DNA from: Candidatus Woesearchaeota archaeon
GTDB taxonomy: Archaea > Nanobdellota > Nanobdellia > Woesearchaeales > SKIA01
Length of the DNA: 64,000 nucleotides
Direction: 5' to 3'
Assembly: GCA_046704725.1 (NCBI GenBank)
Contig: JBJKRI010000004.1
Span: forward strand, 1 to 64,000
The position numbers and the translations under genes were made by a program. Shown piece by piece: positions 1 through 11,000 of the stretch (positions are counted from its first letter, which is position 1; every line of letters begins with the position of its first letter). The notes beneath the pieces were generated by a model. It was not told where the DNA came from. It worked only from the letters and a program-made list of their open reading frames with translations, and made no database searches.

Positions 1-1
1 C

Positions 2-169
2 GACACGAGCGCAGAGAACATCACCAGCACAGAGCAGACCATGCTCGGCCCGAACGAGACGACGTTCGTCCTCACCGCCAACGCCATGAGCTCGGGCAAC
101 CACACGCTCACCGCGAGCGCGAACACCACGAACGCAGATTACAGCACTTCGGCGAACGTCACGACATGA
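2..169 (+). CDS. 3' end of a Thr/Asn-rich surface protein (partial)
   Basis: Open frame from the window edge (DTSAENITSTEQ...SANVTT*), rich in N-x-T sequons, TGA at 167-169. Confidence 0.6.
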   Translation, partial: DTSAENITSTEQTMLGPNETTFVLTANAMSSGNHTLTASANTTNADYSTSANVTT

Positions 170-245
170 ACACCGCGGTGTTTAAAGCCTATGCAGGTAC
201 ACGGCGACCAGCGGGTTTTTTATCCCTCAATCGCCATAAGGGGCT

Positions 246-1262
246 ATGATCGAGCTCGACGGGGCGCATCTCACGGGAGGAGGGCAGATCGTGCGCACGG
301 CGCTCGCACTGTCGGCGTGCACGAACAAGCCGTTCCGCGTCATCAACATCCGTGCCGGACGGCCCACGCCAGGGCTCAAGCCGCAGCACCTCGAGGCCGT
401 GAAGACCTTGCAGCGATTGTGCAACGCCGATGTCGAGGGAGCGCGCATCGGCAGCCAGACCATCACCTTCGCGCCGAGGGGATTCACGCCAGAACCCCTG
501 GACATCCATATCGGGACCGCGGGAAGCGTCACTCTTCTCCTGCAAGCATTGGCCCTGCCGGCCATGCACCACAAGAAGACGACGTACACCATCCACGGCG
601 GCACGGACGTGCGCTGGGCGCCGCCCATCGATTACCTGCGCGATGTCATCGCGCCCACGCTCCAGCACTTCGGGGAGTGCCGCATCGAGCTCAAGCGAAG
701 AGGATACTATCCCAAGGGCGGCGGCGTCATCGAAGCCACGCTGGGCATACACAAGGACGTCAAGCCATTGACGCTCATCGAGCGCGGAAACCTCGTCGGC
801 GTGACGTGCCACAACAACGCCTCGCAACAGCTCTTGGACAAGCGCGTGCTCGAGGACGTGGAGCGCGGATTGCGATTGCACCTCGCGGACCTCGGCGCGC
901 CATTGACGATACGCAACGAGTACGCGAACACCCTCGACCCGGGCTGGGGCATCGTCATCTACGGCACGCACCTGCTCGGAGAGCCGCGAGCACTCATCGG
1001 AGCGGACATCCTCGGCGAGGAGACCGACGGCCCACAGGACGCTGCTCGGCGCGTGGCAGAACAGTTCAAGCAACGACTGACAGCGGACGGCGCTGTGGAC
1101 GAGCACCTCGCCGACCACCTCATACCGTTCCTCGCACTGCACGGGGGAGAATTGACTGTGACGCGCGTGAGCAACCACATCCAGGCGAACATCGCTGTGG
1201 CGGAAGCGTTCACGAACGCACGCTTCACCATAGAGGGCGATCACATCACGGTGAGCCATTAA
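246..1262 (+). CDS. rtcA: RNA 3'-terminal phosphate cyclase
   Basis: MIELDG...GGGQIVRTALALS, IRAGRPTPGLKPQHL, GSVTLLLQ, GGTDV, RRGYYPKGGG, VDEHLADHL. Confidence 0.93.
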   Translation: MIELDGAHLTGGGQIVRTALALSACTNKPFRVINIRAGRPTPGLKPQHLEAVKTLQRLCNADVEGARIGSQTITFAPRGFTPEPLDIHIGTAGSVTLLLQALALPAMHHKKTTYTIHGGTDVRWAPPIDYLRDVIAPTLQHFGECRIELKRRGYYPKGGGVIEATLGIHKDVKPLTLIERGNLVGVTCHNNASQQLLDKRVLEDVERGLRLHLADLGAPLTIRNEYANTLDPGWGIVIYGTHLLGEPRALIGADILGEETDGPQDAARRVAEQFKQRLTADGAVDEHLADHLIPFLALHGGELTVTRVSNHIQANIAVAEAFTNARFTIEGDHITVSH

Positions 1263-2590
1263 AGACGAGCGAGCTCGACCTCGGTATAGAGCTCGCGGAT
1301 GAGATTGAAGAGCTCCTGCTTGTCCTCGCGGGACAAGCGCATCTCGGCGAACGCGTCGCGGATCGCGCCGTAGGCGGCGCGCGCCTCCTGGCTGCGGCCG
1401 TGCAGGAGCAAGCGCTTGGCATCAGCGATACGTTCGAGGAGCATCTCTTTTGTCATGCCCGCGTCCTCGACGACCACGCCCTCATTGATGAGGGGCTCGG
1501 GAATCTTGGCCTTCTCCTGCGTGACCGCTTTCTTGGAAGCCTTGTGCTCGGCCCTCTTGGGATCTTTCGATTCTTCCTTCTTGGGTATCTTGGACTCTTC
1601 CTTCTTGAGGGCGAGGCGCGACTTCTGCAACTCCTTTTTCTGCTCGTCGAGCTCGCCGCGGATCATGGCCGCCTCCTGCAAGGTGGACAGAGCGGCATCG
1701 TGCTCCTCGCGGAGCTTGTCGCGCTCGACGCGCACCTCCTCGATGCCCGCCGCGATCTCCTGGGCGATCGCGCGGCGCAAGCGGGAGAGCTCGTCGCGCA
1801 AGACGCTGATATCCTCGTCGGCGTCGCGCTGCTGCTTCGTGGTCTCGCGATGCTCGGAGAGAATGTGCGCGAGCTCCTTGGGAGTGTGGGCGTTGCGCAC
1901 CTTGGAGGCGAGCTCGTACTCGCCGAAGACGTCGGCGAGCCAGTTCGCGAAATCGTTGCGCTGCGCGTTCACGTGATGCTCGAAGATGTCTTGCGCCATG
2001 CGGTGGCACTCGCGCTCGAGATCCTTCTTGCCGCGCAATACGGTGCCGTCGCGCAAGTGGAAGGGCGCTGGCTGCTCGGACCAACCCTTCGGCTCCTCGA
2101 CGTTGACTGAATTGAGCAATCGCTGCAAGGTGGCAAGACGCGTCTCGGAGAGCTTACCTGCCTCGGGTTTTCCTGACGCTTTCGGCTCCGGCTTTGAGAG
2201 TGGTTTGGGTGCGGAAGGTCTTGGAGCGGGTTTTGGGGCCGGCCTGGTCTCCTGGTGCTCGCGGTCCTTCTCCTTCCGCACGGAGTCGCGCACGCGCTTC
2301 TCGATGAGGTCGAGGGCGTGCTGGTCCAGCGGGGAGGGCTTGTGCTCCGGCGGCTTTTCGTGCGGTGCAGCGTGCGTCTCGGGCAGTGCCGGGTGGGGAG
2401 CGTGGTGCGGCGCGGGGGGCGGAGGTGGGGGTTCCACCATGGACTCGATGGGCCGCGGCGGCTCTTGGGGGAAACGCGGCGGCGCTTGCTGAGGAGCCGC
2501 TTGGGGCGGCATGGGTGCTTGCGGCGGGGCGCTCTGGGGCGCGGGCTCGTCCACGAAGAGCTTGTCGTAGATTTTCTTTGCCAGACCCAT
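1259..2590 (-). CDS. Pro-rich/coiled-coil protein with DUF5752-like domain
   Basis: Central FHLRDG...FEHHVNAQRNDFANWLADVFGEYELA motif, flanked by Pro-rich and coiled-coil regions. Confidence 0.7.
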   Translation of the reverse strand: MGLAKKIYDKLFVDEPAPQSAPPQAPMPPQAAPQQAPPRFPQEPPRPIESMVEPPPPPPAPHHAPHPALPETHAAPHEKPPEHKPSPLDQHALDLIEKRVRDSVRKEKDREHQETRPAPKPAPRPSAPKPLSKPEPKASGKPEAGKLSETRLATLQRLLNSVNVEEPKGWSEQPAPFHLRDGTVLRGKKDLERECHRMAQDIFEHHVNAQRNDFANWLADVFGEYELASKVRNAHTPKELAHILSEHRETTKQQRDADEDISVLRDELSRLRRAIAQEIAAGIEEVRVERDKLREEHDAALSTLQEAAMIRGELDEQKKELQKSRLALKKEESKIPKKEESKDPKRAEHKASKKAVTQEKAKIPEPLINEGVVVEDAGMTKEMLLERIADAKRLLLHGRSQEARAAYGAIRDAFAEMRLSREDKQELFNLIRELYTEVELARL

Positions 2591-2693
2591 GGTACCCCCT
2601 GCGGGTGAGGCCCGCCGCGCTCCCTATAAAGGTTTATCACCACACGCGAGAGGAGACGGCAAGCATTTAAGCGGCGAGGAGCGTGTGCGACGC

Positions 2694-3032
2694 ATGGACG
2701 AGGCAAGCCAGCTCAAGGCGTTCTCCGCGCACGTGGACGAGCTCGAGGAGCGGCACAACGAGGTCGTGGACGTGCACGCGGACATCAACGAACGCATCGC
2801 CGACCTGCGCGGAGAGATCGCCGCCGAAGCGGCGTCGCTGCACGAAGAGGCCGCACGATTGTCGGAATTGCTCGAGGAGCGCGAAGAGCGCGTCAAGCAC
2901 GCCTCTGTCCTGATAAGCCTGCTCGCCCAGCCCGAAGAGCTCTCGCCGTTGAAACGGCGCGTGGAGGCGCAGCCCTACGAGCGCTACGCCGAGAGCGCGT
3001 GGTTCGCGGACAAGACGCGCAAACACAGATAA
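2694..3032 (+). CDS. Hypothetical coiled-coil protein
   Basis: Acidic heptad-like ORF; ATG about 25 nt after TTTAAG. Confidence 0.6.
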   Translation: MDEASQLKAFSAHVDELEERHNEVVDVHADINERIADLRGEIAAEAASLHEEAARLSELLEEREERVKHASVLISLLAQPEELSPLKRRVEAQPYERYAESAWFADKTRKHR

Positions 3033-3054
3033 AGCGCGACGGCGCTCCACGCAT

Positions 3055-3330
3055 ATGGACCGCGTCACTCCCGAACGGCTCGAACGCTACTTCAATATCA
3101 CCAAGGAAGCGCTCGCAGCGGCGAAGGAAGCGCCTGTGAAGGACGAGAAAGCGTATTCGGAGATCATCGACATGGTGGAGCGCTACGTCTCGGACGCGGA
3201 GCATTTCTCCAAGAAAGGCGATGTCGTACTGGCGTTCGCGGCGCTCAACTACGCGCACGGCTGGCTGGACTGCGGCGCGCGGCTCGGAGTCTTCGAGGTG
3301 CACGACGACCGCCTGTTCACCGTGGACTAA
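3055..3330 (+). CDS. DUF357 family protein
   Basis: YVSDAEHFSKKGD...AFAALNYAHGWLDCGARLG signature. Confidence 0.88.
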   Translation: MDRVTPERLERYFNITKEALAAAKEAPVKDEKAYSEIIDMVERYVSDAEHFSKKGDVVLAFAALNYAHGWLDCGARLGVFEVHDDRLFTVD

Positions 3331-4184
3331 TCCTGCAACTGGTCCATGGCGATGCCGCAATACTCCTCGGCGGACGCGACGTACTGCTCGACGGGATCGC
3401 TGTCGTTCTCTGCGAGGACGTCGAGGATCCTGGTCTTGCCGTCCGTCTTTCGCTCGAGCTTCTTGAGGCGCGAGACCTCCGCCTTCGTGAAGACCGTGGC
3501 CTCGTGCTCGTGGAGCTGCTCGAGCCGTCGCTTGATGCGTTCGATGACGCCGCGCAGGATGTTCTTGTTCTTCTCGGGATCCTCCATGGCGGCCGACAAG
3601 TCGTTGTACCACTGCGGGTCGATCTTGATCTTGTCGCGCATGCCGGCCGTGGCGCCGTGATGCACGCTGTAGACGCGGCCGACCACGAAGTTGATGGCCT
3701 TGCAGCGGTCCTCGATGGTAGCGATCATCGTCGGGATGTCCTCTTCGTACTCGACCACGCGCGACTCGACCTTGCCGACGTGGCTCTGCGAGAGCACGAG
3801 CAGCAAGACCGCGCCGAGGACGAGGTTGATGGCCATCGCCGCCGCCGGGTCGGCGTTCGGCGTGAGGAGCGGGAGCACGAAGGGGATGATGACAAGCAGG
3901 ATGACGAGCACGATGAGCATGTAGCGCAGGTCGAAGATATCGGCGTTGAGCAAGCCCAGGCCGAAGAGCCCGAGCAGGACCGACGGCGTGAAGGCGAGGA
4001 GCACGCTGCCGAACGGCGCGTTGGTGAGCAGGCCGATGGCGAACATGAGCGCGAGCACGACGAGCACGAAGATGCCGAGCACGGCGCGCACGATCCCTGC
4101 GTGCGGATGCGCGAGCCGCAGGTGATGGTTGTCCGGATGGTCCGGATGCCTGGGGTCCATGGGATGGGGATAGTCCTCGGCCAT
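3327..4184 (-). CDS. Hypothetical membrane protein (about 4 TM plus soluble C-terminal domain)
   Basis: Hydrophobic N-terminal half; IEDRCKAINFVVGRVYSVHHG in the soluble domain. Confidence 0.7.
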   Translation of the reverse strand: MAEDYPHPMDPRHPDHPDNHHLRLAHPHAGIVRAVLGIFVLVVLALMFAIGLLTNAPFGSVLLAFTPSVLLGLFGLGLLNADIFDLRYMLIVLVILLVIIPFVLPLLTPNADPAAAMAINLVLGAVLLLVLSQSHVGKVESRVVEYEEDIPTMIATIEDRCKAINFVVGRVYSVHHGATAGMRDKIKIDPQWYNDLSAAMEDPEKNKNILRGVIERIKRRLEQLHEHEATVFTKAEVSRLKKLERKTDGKTRILDVLAENDSDPVEQYVASAEEYCGIAMDQLQD

Positions 4185-4210
4185 GCACGCGATTGCGGAA
4201 GGCGCCCTAT

Positions 4211-5167
4211 TTAAACGTTCTCTTGGTCCATCCGGGGATAGACCTCCGCGGGGAGGACGACCTTCTCCATCGTCGCGGCGACGCCGTGGTTGCCGAGCAT
4301 CTCCTGCGCCGGCATCGATGCGCGGGCCACGCCGACGAGCTCTCCCTTGAGCGTGAAGATCACGACGGGGTCGCCCTTGGAGATGGAAGAGGACAAGCGA
4401 GCGATGCCAGGCACTTTCAGGCTCGCGCCGTGGGTGAGGCTGTTGACCGCGGAATCGAGGACGGTGATCGACGGCAGGGCGGAGACGATATCCTCGCCGG
4501 GGAGCAAGATGCTGCGCAGCGCTTTCTCATCGCCCTCCTTGGCGATGTGAAAGTCGTCGGCGAGGGTCTGCAAGGTGACTGCTTTATCCTCGGTGTAGTG
4601 CGCCGCCCTTGTGCGACGGAGCTCTGCCATGTGCGCACCGCAACCGAGCGCTTGTCCGAAGTCGTGGCAGAGCTTTCTGATGTACGTTCCCGCCTGCACG
4701 TCAGCCACGAAGAGCACGTCGCGGCCCCTGATCTCGATGAAACGCCAGTCATACACGGTGCGTTGTCTTTTCCGACGGGCGACGCTGCTGCGCTTGGGAG
4801 GGAGTTGGGTGATCGTGCCGATGAACTTCTCCGCCGCTTTTCGCACCTCGTACTCGGGGATGTCGTCGTGCAGGTGCATGACGCCGACGTACTCCTTTCC
4901 CGCGCGGAGCAGATACTCGAGAAGGCGAGTGGCGCGACCGGTCGCGACAGGCAACACACCCGTCACGTGCGGGTCGAGCGTGCCCGAGTGGCCGCTCTTA
5001 TCGATGCCGAGGATCTGCTGGACGTACGCTGAGACCTGGTGGCTCGTGGGGCCCGCGGGCTTGTCGATGACGACGATACCGAAATCGAGCAGCTCCTGGA
5101 CCGAACGCTCCGAAGGGGCCTTGCCGTACGCGCCGGGGCGCGCTTCCTGACGGACGAGCTCTTCCAT
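4211..5167 (-). CDS. cbf5: H/ACA RNA-guided pseudouridine synthase Cbf5 (TruB family with PUA domain)
   Basis: IDKPAGPTSHQV, GHSGTLDP, GTYIRKLCHDFG, C-terminal PUA domain. Confidence 0.95.
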   Translation of the reverse strand: MEELVRQEARPGAYGKAPSERSVQELLDFGIVVIDKPAGPTSHQVSAYVQQILGIDKSGHSGTLDPHVTGVLPVATGRATRLLEYLLRAGKEYVGVMHLHDDIPEYEVRKAAEKFIGTITQLPPKRSSVARRKRQRTVYDWRFIEIRGRDVLFVADVQAGTYIRKLCHDFGQALGCGAHMAELRRTRAAHYTEDKAVTLQTLADDFHIAKEGDEKALRSILLPGEDIVSALPSITVLDSAVNSLTHGASLKVPGIARLSSSISKGDPVVIFTLKGELVGVARASMPAQEMLGNHGVAATMEKVVLPAEVYPRMDQENV

Positions 5168-5201
5168 GGTCTTCGGAACGGGGCGGACGATTTAAAGGAC
5201 C

Positions 5202-7034
5202 CTATTTCTCGTCCTTCTTCTCCTTGACCTTGCCCTCGACGACCTCCTCGTCATCTTCGGGCTTGTCCTCGGACTCCGTTGCTTGTTGGGCCTGCGCGGC
5301 CTGCTGGTAGAGCTCGGTGCCGGCCTCGGTGAGGAGTTTCTGCAACTCGTCTTTTTTGGCTGCCAGGTCGTCGAGGTCCTTGGGCTCCTTGGAGAGCGCC
5401 TCGCGCACCGCTTTCGCGGCCTTCTCGATCGCGTCGAGCTTGCTCTTGTCCACCTTGTCCTTGAGGTCGGAGACGAGCTTGTCCGCCTGGTAGGCGAGGG
5501 TGTCCGCCTCGTTGACGATCTGCGTCTCCTTGAGGCGCTCCTCGTCCTCTTTCGCGTGGGACTCGGCCTCGGTGCGCATCTTCTCGATCTCCTCGTCGGA
5601 GAGGTTGGAGGATGCGGTGATCTTGATGGACTGCTCCTTGCCCGTGCCCAGGTCCTTGGCGGAGACGCTCACGATGCCGTTCGCGTCGATGTCGCAGGTG
5701 ACCTCGACCTGCGGGACGCCGCGCGGAGCGGGCGGGATGCCGACGAGGTCGAAGCGGCCGAGGGTCTTGTTGCCCGCGGCCATGGGACGCTCGCCCTGCA
5801 GGACGTGGATGCTCACGGCGTGCTGGTTGTCCTGCGCGGTGCTGAAGATCTGGCTTTTTCTCGTCGGTATTGTCGTGTTGCGCTCGATGAGCTTGGTGAA
5901 GACACCGCCGAGGGTCTCGATGCCGAGCGACAACGGCGTGACGTCCAAGAGCAGGACGTCCTTGACCTCGCCGCCGAGGATACCGCCCTGGATGGCCGCT
6001 CCCAAGGCGACGGCCTCGTCCGGATTCACGCTCTTGTCGCCGTCCTTGCCGGTGATGTCCTTGACCAATCGCTGGACCGCGGGGATGCGCGTGGAGCCGC
6101 CGACGAAAATGACCTTGTTGATATCCTTCTTGTCGAGCTTGGCGTCCTTGAGCGCTTGGAGCGTGGGCTTCTTGAGCCGTTCGAGGATGCCGTCGATGAG
6201 CTTCTCGAACTCGGCTCGAGTGATTTCGCCGGTCAGGTGCTTGGGACCGTTCTTGTCGGCCGTGATGAAGGGCAGGTTGATGCTCGTCTTCTGCTTGCTG
6301 GAGAGCTCGATCTTCGCTTTCTCCGCTGCTTCCTTCAGTCGTTGGTGGGCTTGGCGGTCCTCGCGCAGGTCGATGCCGTTCTCTTTCTTGAACTGCTCTG
6401 CGAGGTGGTCGATGAGGATGTCGTCGATGTCATCGCCGCCCAATCGGTTGTCGCCGCTGGTCGCCTTGACTTCGAAGACGCCGTCGCCCAATTCCAGGAC
6501 GGAGACGTCGAAGGTGCCGCCGCCGAAGTCGAAGACGAGGACGGTGTGGTCCTCCCCCTTGTCCAGGCCGTAGGCGAGTGCTGCGGCGGTGGGTTCGTTG
6601 ATGATGCGTTCGACCTCGAGGCCGGCGATCTTGCCCGCGTCCTTGGTGGCCTGTCGCTGGCTGTCGGAGAAGTACGCTGGGACGGTGATGACCGCTTTTT
6701 CCACGCGACCGCCGAGGAAGGCCTCTGCATCGTGCTTGAGCTTGGAGAGGATCATCGCGCTGATCTCCTGGGGCGTGTATTCCTTGTCGTGGATGGTGAC
6801 GTGGTAGTCCTCGCCCATGTGGCGCTTGATGCTGCGCACGGTCTGCTCGGGATTGAGGATGGCCTGGTTGCGCGCGGCCTGGCCGACGATGCGCTCGCCG
6901 TCCTCGCTGACGGCGACGACCGAGGGTGTGGTGCGGTGCCCTTCGGCGTTGGGGATGATGGTGGGCTTTCCTCCTTCCATGACCGCTACGGCCGAGAAGG
7001 TCGTTCCGAGATCGATTCCGATGATCTTGCTCAT
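5202..7034 (-). CDS. dnaK: Hsp70 chaperone DnaK
   Basis: [41 protein letters not shown]. Confidence 0.98.
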   Translation of the reverse strand: MSKIIGIDLGTTFSAVAVMEGGKPTIIPNAEGHRTTPSVVAVSEDGERIVGQAARNQAILNPEQTVRSIKRHMGEDYHVTIHDKEYTPQEISAMILSKLKHDAEAFLGGRVEKAVITVPAYFSDSQRQATKDAGKIAGLEVERIINEPTAAALAYGLDKGEDHTVLVFDFGGGTFDVSVLELGDGVFEVKATSGDNRLGGDDIDDILIDHLAEQFKKENGIDLREDRQAHQRLKEAAEKAKIELSSKQKTSINLPFITADKNGPKHLTGEITRAEFEKLIDGILERLKKPTLQALKDAKLDKKDINKVIFVGGSTRIPAVQRLVKDITGKDGDKSVNPDEAVALGAAIQGGILGGEVKDVLLLDVTPLSLGIETLGGVFTKLIERNTTIPTRKSQIFSTAQDNQHAVSIHVLQGERPMAAGNKTLGRFDLVGIPPAPRGVPQVEVTCDIDANGIVSVSAKDLGTGKEQSIKITASSNLSDEEIEKMRTEAESHAKEDEERLKETQIVNEADTLAYQADKLVSDLKDKVDKSKLDAIEKAAKAVREALSKEPKDLDDLAAKKDELQKLLTEAGTELYQQAAQAQQATESEDKPEDDEEVVEGKVKEKKDEK

Positions 7035-7507
7035 GAGTGTTCCTCCGCTCCTTTCGAGAGCTTGACTTTTGCTGTGCGCAGCACGGTGTCGCCGAGACGG
7101 TACCCGGGCTGCAGCACCTCGATGATGCTGCCCTTGGGCTGCTTGGATGCTTCTGTGAGTATGGCCTCGTGCAGCGACGGGTCGAACTTCTCCACGGGGA
7201 CGCGCTCGACGCCGTGCGCTTCGAGCGTGCTCACGAGCTGTCCGAGCACGAGTTCGATGCCCTTGTAGAAGGCGTCGTGCTCTTTGGCTTGCGCGAGCGC
7301 TAATTCAAGATTGTCCACGACCTGGAGGATGTCTGCGATGACGTGCGCTGCAGCGCGTTCGCGCTCTTGCTCGCGCTGTTCTGCCGTGCGCCGGCGATAG
7401 TTCTCGTAGTCGGCCTGGACGCGCGCGAGGCTCTCGGTGAGCTCGGCGACGCGCTGGTCGTCCTCTTCGACGGGTATCTCTTCGGTGGGGGGTTTCTCGT
7501 GCGCCAT
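7031..7507 (-). CDS. grpE: Nucleotide exchange factor GrpE
   Basis: [35 protein letters not shown]; overlaps the dnaK start. Confidence 0.95.
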   Translation of the reverse strand: MAHEKPPTEEIPVEEDDQRVAELTESLARVQADYENYRRRTAEQREQERERAAAHVIADILQVVDNLELALAQAKEHDAFYKGIELVLGQLVSTLEAHGVERVPVEKFDPSLHEAILTEASKQPKGSIIEVLQPGYRLGDTVLRTAKVKLSKGAEEHS

Positions 7508-7515
7508 ACTCTCTT

Positions 7516-7532
7516 GTTGACTTGAAGTCAAC
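7516..7532. promoter_or_regulatory. Palindromic operator candidate GTTGACTT-G-AAGTCAAC upstream of grpE
   Basis: Perfect 8-bp inverted repeat between the minus-strand TATA (7556-7562) and the grpE ATG. Confidence 0.7.
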
Positions 7533-7588
7533 GAATACGTCGAAGAGACTGGTTATTTATATATGTTTCCAGCATGTTTATAAGCTCT

Positions 7589-7605
7589 GTCGTCCTTACA
7601 TCGAC
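7589..7605. promoter_or_regulatory. Operator candidate GTCGTCCTTACATCGAC upstream of the wHTH regulator
   Basis: 14/17 identical to the groES-upstream motif; lies between TTTATAAG (7577-7584) and ATG 7607. Confidence 0.6.
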
Positions 7606-7606
7606 C

Positions 7607-8005
7607 ATGCCCTTCGACCATATTACCGTGCGGAACCTCAATCCGCCGGGCACCCCGGACATCAACGCCGAGCTGCAATGGCTGGGAACAGTCCTCGGAC
7701 TGTTCGGCAACAGGGACAAGGACAGCAGCTGCTACAGGGTCTTCATGACCGTCGTGCGCACGGCCCCGAACGGCATGATCAGCTCGGACGAGATCGCGGC
7801 CAACTGCGAGCTCAGCAGAGGGACCGTCGTGCACCACCTCAACAAGCTGCGCGACGCGGGCATGATCTCGGCGAACGAGGAAGGATACAGCCTCACGGGA
7901 GGATCGCTGCGCGGCGCCCTCGGAGAGCTCGAGGCAGAGCTCGACCGGCTCTTCGAGCTCTCGCGCGTCATCGCCGAGGACATCGACCGCAAGCTCCGGC
8001 TCTGA
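7607..8005 (+). CDS. Winged-helix (ArsR/TrmB-like) transcriptional regulator, putative chaperone repressor
   Basis: SSDEIAANCELSRGTVVHHLNKLRDAGMI HTH; divergent from grpE. Confidence 0.8.
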   Translation: MPFDHITVRNLNPPGTPDINAELQWLGTVLGLFGNRDKDSSCYRVFMTVVRTAPNGMISSDEIAANCELSRGTVVHHLNKLRDAGMISANEEGYSLTGGSLRGALGELEAELDRLFELSRVIAEDIDRKLRL

Positions 8006-8053
8006 ATCCATAGGATTTATAAAACGTAGATTTCCGTATACCAGTATAGCGAC

Positions 8054-11000
8054 ATGGCGGTGGAGCGCGTGTGGGCCATACTCCTGCTCTTGCTAGTCCT
8101 TGCGCCCATCGTGATCGCCGACAGCTACGAGCCCGACAACACGACAGGCACGGCAAACTGGATCGCGACCAACGGCACGCCGCAGACCCACGACTTCAAC
8201 CCCGCCGGGGACGTGGACTTCGTCAAGTTCAACGCCACGCAAGGAGTGTCCTATGACATCAGCACGCAGAACATCACCCCGCAGAGCACGACAGACACCG
8301 TGCTCACGCTCTACAAGCCGAACGGCGCGCTGCTCGCCGTGGACGACGACAACCTCGAGCTCAACACGCGGAACAGCCGCGTATTGTTCCAAGCCCCGCA
8401 GAACGGGACGTACTACGCCCGCGTCAGCGAATACAGCAACGTCGCGGGAGGGCAATACAACATCAGCGTGACACGGCAAGGGACGCTCACCGTCACCAGC
8501 CAGGTGATGCCGACCGTCGCGCAAGACCACACCTTCACGGCGAACGCGAGCGTGACCTGCACGGGAGGACCATGCCCGGGCGTGACACTGATACTCGACC
8601 CGCGACGCAAGGTCGACCCGCGGGTGCCTAAACTGCTCACCACGCAAAAAAGCGTGGGCGTCATCATCATGTACGACACGAACGTGAGCCAAGCACCGAA
8701 GAAAGAATCGCTCGTTCTGCAGGCGGCCGGAACCGTGGTGCCGGTCGTGCAGCTCACCACGCTCGTCCAACGGCTCGGACTGCTTCCCAAGAGCGAGCCG
8801 CTCGACGTCGCCGCCAAAGACATCCACGCGCGATTCCCCACGCTCCACGCGATCGCCGCGCACATCGACCAACAGACATTCGAGAACCTCGTCAACGACC
8901 CGCGCGTCGAACGCATCCAGTACGACACGCCCGTGCACGCGACGGTCGACGGGAGCGTCTCGAGCATCAACGCCCCGCAAGTGTGGCAGACGAAGGTCAA
9001 CGGCACGAACATCACCGGAGCGGGCGTGACTGTCTGCGTCATCGACACGGGGATCAACTACACACACCCCGACTTCGGCAGCTGCAACGCGACCACGAAC
9101 ATCAACGACGGGAGCTGCCCGAAAGTCATCGGGGGCTATGACTTCGTCAACAACGACACCAACCCCATGGACGACGAAGGGCACGGCAGCCACGTCTCGG
9201 GAATCATCGCGAGCGAGAACACGACGTATCCCGGAGTCGCTCCGGGAGCGCGCATCGTCGCCATCAAGAGCCTCGACAGCACAGGCTCGGGGACGGCGAG
9301 CAACATCATCAGCGGACTGGAATGGTGCACGGCGAACGCGACGAAATACAACATCAGCGTGATAAGCATGAGCCTGGGAGCGACCGACGCCTTTCCCAAC
9401 AGCTGCGACGAATCAGACCCGACGATGACACAAGCCATACAGAACGCGATCAACGCGGGGATCATCGTGGACATCGCCGCGGGCAACGGCTTTTCCACGA
9501 GCCCGCAGCTCGGCATGAGTTGGCCTGCGTGCGTGCGCAACGCGACCGGTGTGGGAGCGACGGGGAACACGGGCGTCTGGAGCACGTACGGACAACGAGA
9601 CCTGTCCACCGCATTGCTCGCGCCAGGAGACAACGTGATGTCCACGAACTATCAGGGCGGGCACGTCACCAAGAGCGGCACGAGCATGGCGACGCCCATG
9701 GTATCTGGATCGGCCGCATTGCTGATTCAGCACGACCGGCTCGCGTACAACAGGACGCCCACGGTCTTCGAGCTGCGCACGCAACTGCAGGCGACGGGGA
9801 GCAACGACACGGACACCGCGTTCAGCAACCTCACACTGCCGCGCGTGGATCCCTTAGGAGGGATACAGGACAAAGGCGTCGTGCCCAACACGGTGGGCGC
9901 GCAGCCGTTCTGGACGCCGGACACGAACCCCGTCTCGTGCGGCACGCTCGCGGACGGACAGAGCTGCAACGCGAGCTGGACGGTGAACGCGAGCACGAGC
10001 AACGGAACATACGCGTTCTACGCGATCGCCACGACGGAATACGCGCGCGTGCAGAGCACGCACCAGAACGTGACGATCAATCCCGACACGACGCCGCCGA
10101 ACACGACTACCACGTTCCCGACGGGCTGGCAGAACGGCTCTGTGGTCATCACGCTCAACGCGACCGACAACGGGACGGGCGTCGCGCAGACGCACTACCG
10201 CGTGGACAACGGCAACTGGAGCACGGGGACCAGCGTGAACGTGACCGGGGACGGCAACCATACCGTCTATTACTACAGCGTCGACAACGTGGGCAACACC
10301 GAAGCGATGAAGAACGGGAGCGTCGCGATCGACACCCTGCCGCCGTACACGAACACGAGCGACAACGGTTCGTGGCACGACGCGGACTACAACATCACGT
10401 TGAACGTGACAGACAACGGGAGCGGCGTATCGTACACGACATACCGCATCGGCAACGGGACCTGGTCCAACGGCACGACCATCAACATCACGGCGGAAGG
10501 GAACACGACCTACCAGTACTACGGCGTGGACAAGCTCAACCACACCGAACAGACGCGCACGGCATACGCGCTGCTCGACAAGACCGCGCCGAACACGACC
10601 GTGAACGCTCCGAGCGGCTGGCAGAACGGCGCGGTCACCCTCACGTTCAACGCCACGGACAACCTCTCCGGGGTCGCGCAGACCTGGCACAGCATTGACG
10701 GCGCGAACGCGACGAACGGGAGCACCCTTGCCGTTTCCACTGATGGCAACCACACCGTCACGTATTGGAGCCGAGATGCGGCGGGCAACAACGAGAGCGT
10801 CAAGAACGTCAGCGTCGCTGTCGACACGACGCGTCCCGAGCTGTCGCGCCTGCGCCTGAACACGAGCGCGCCCGGGGCGGGGGAGAATATCACCTTCAGC
10901 GTGGACGCGAACGACACGACGAGCGGTCTTGCGAGCGTCACCCTCACCATCGACTCCAAGCCGGTCAGCCTCAGCGCATCCAACGGGACGTACTCGGGCG

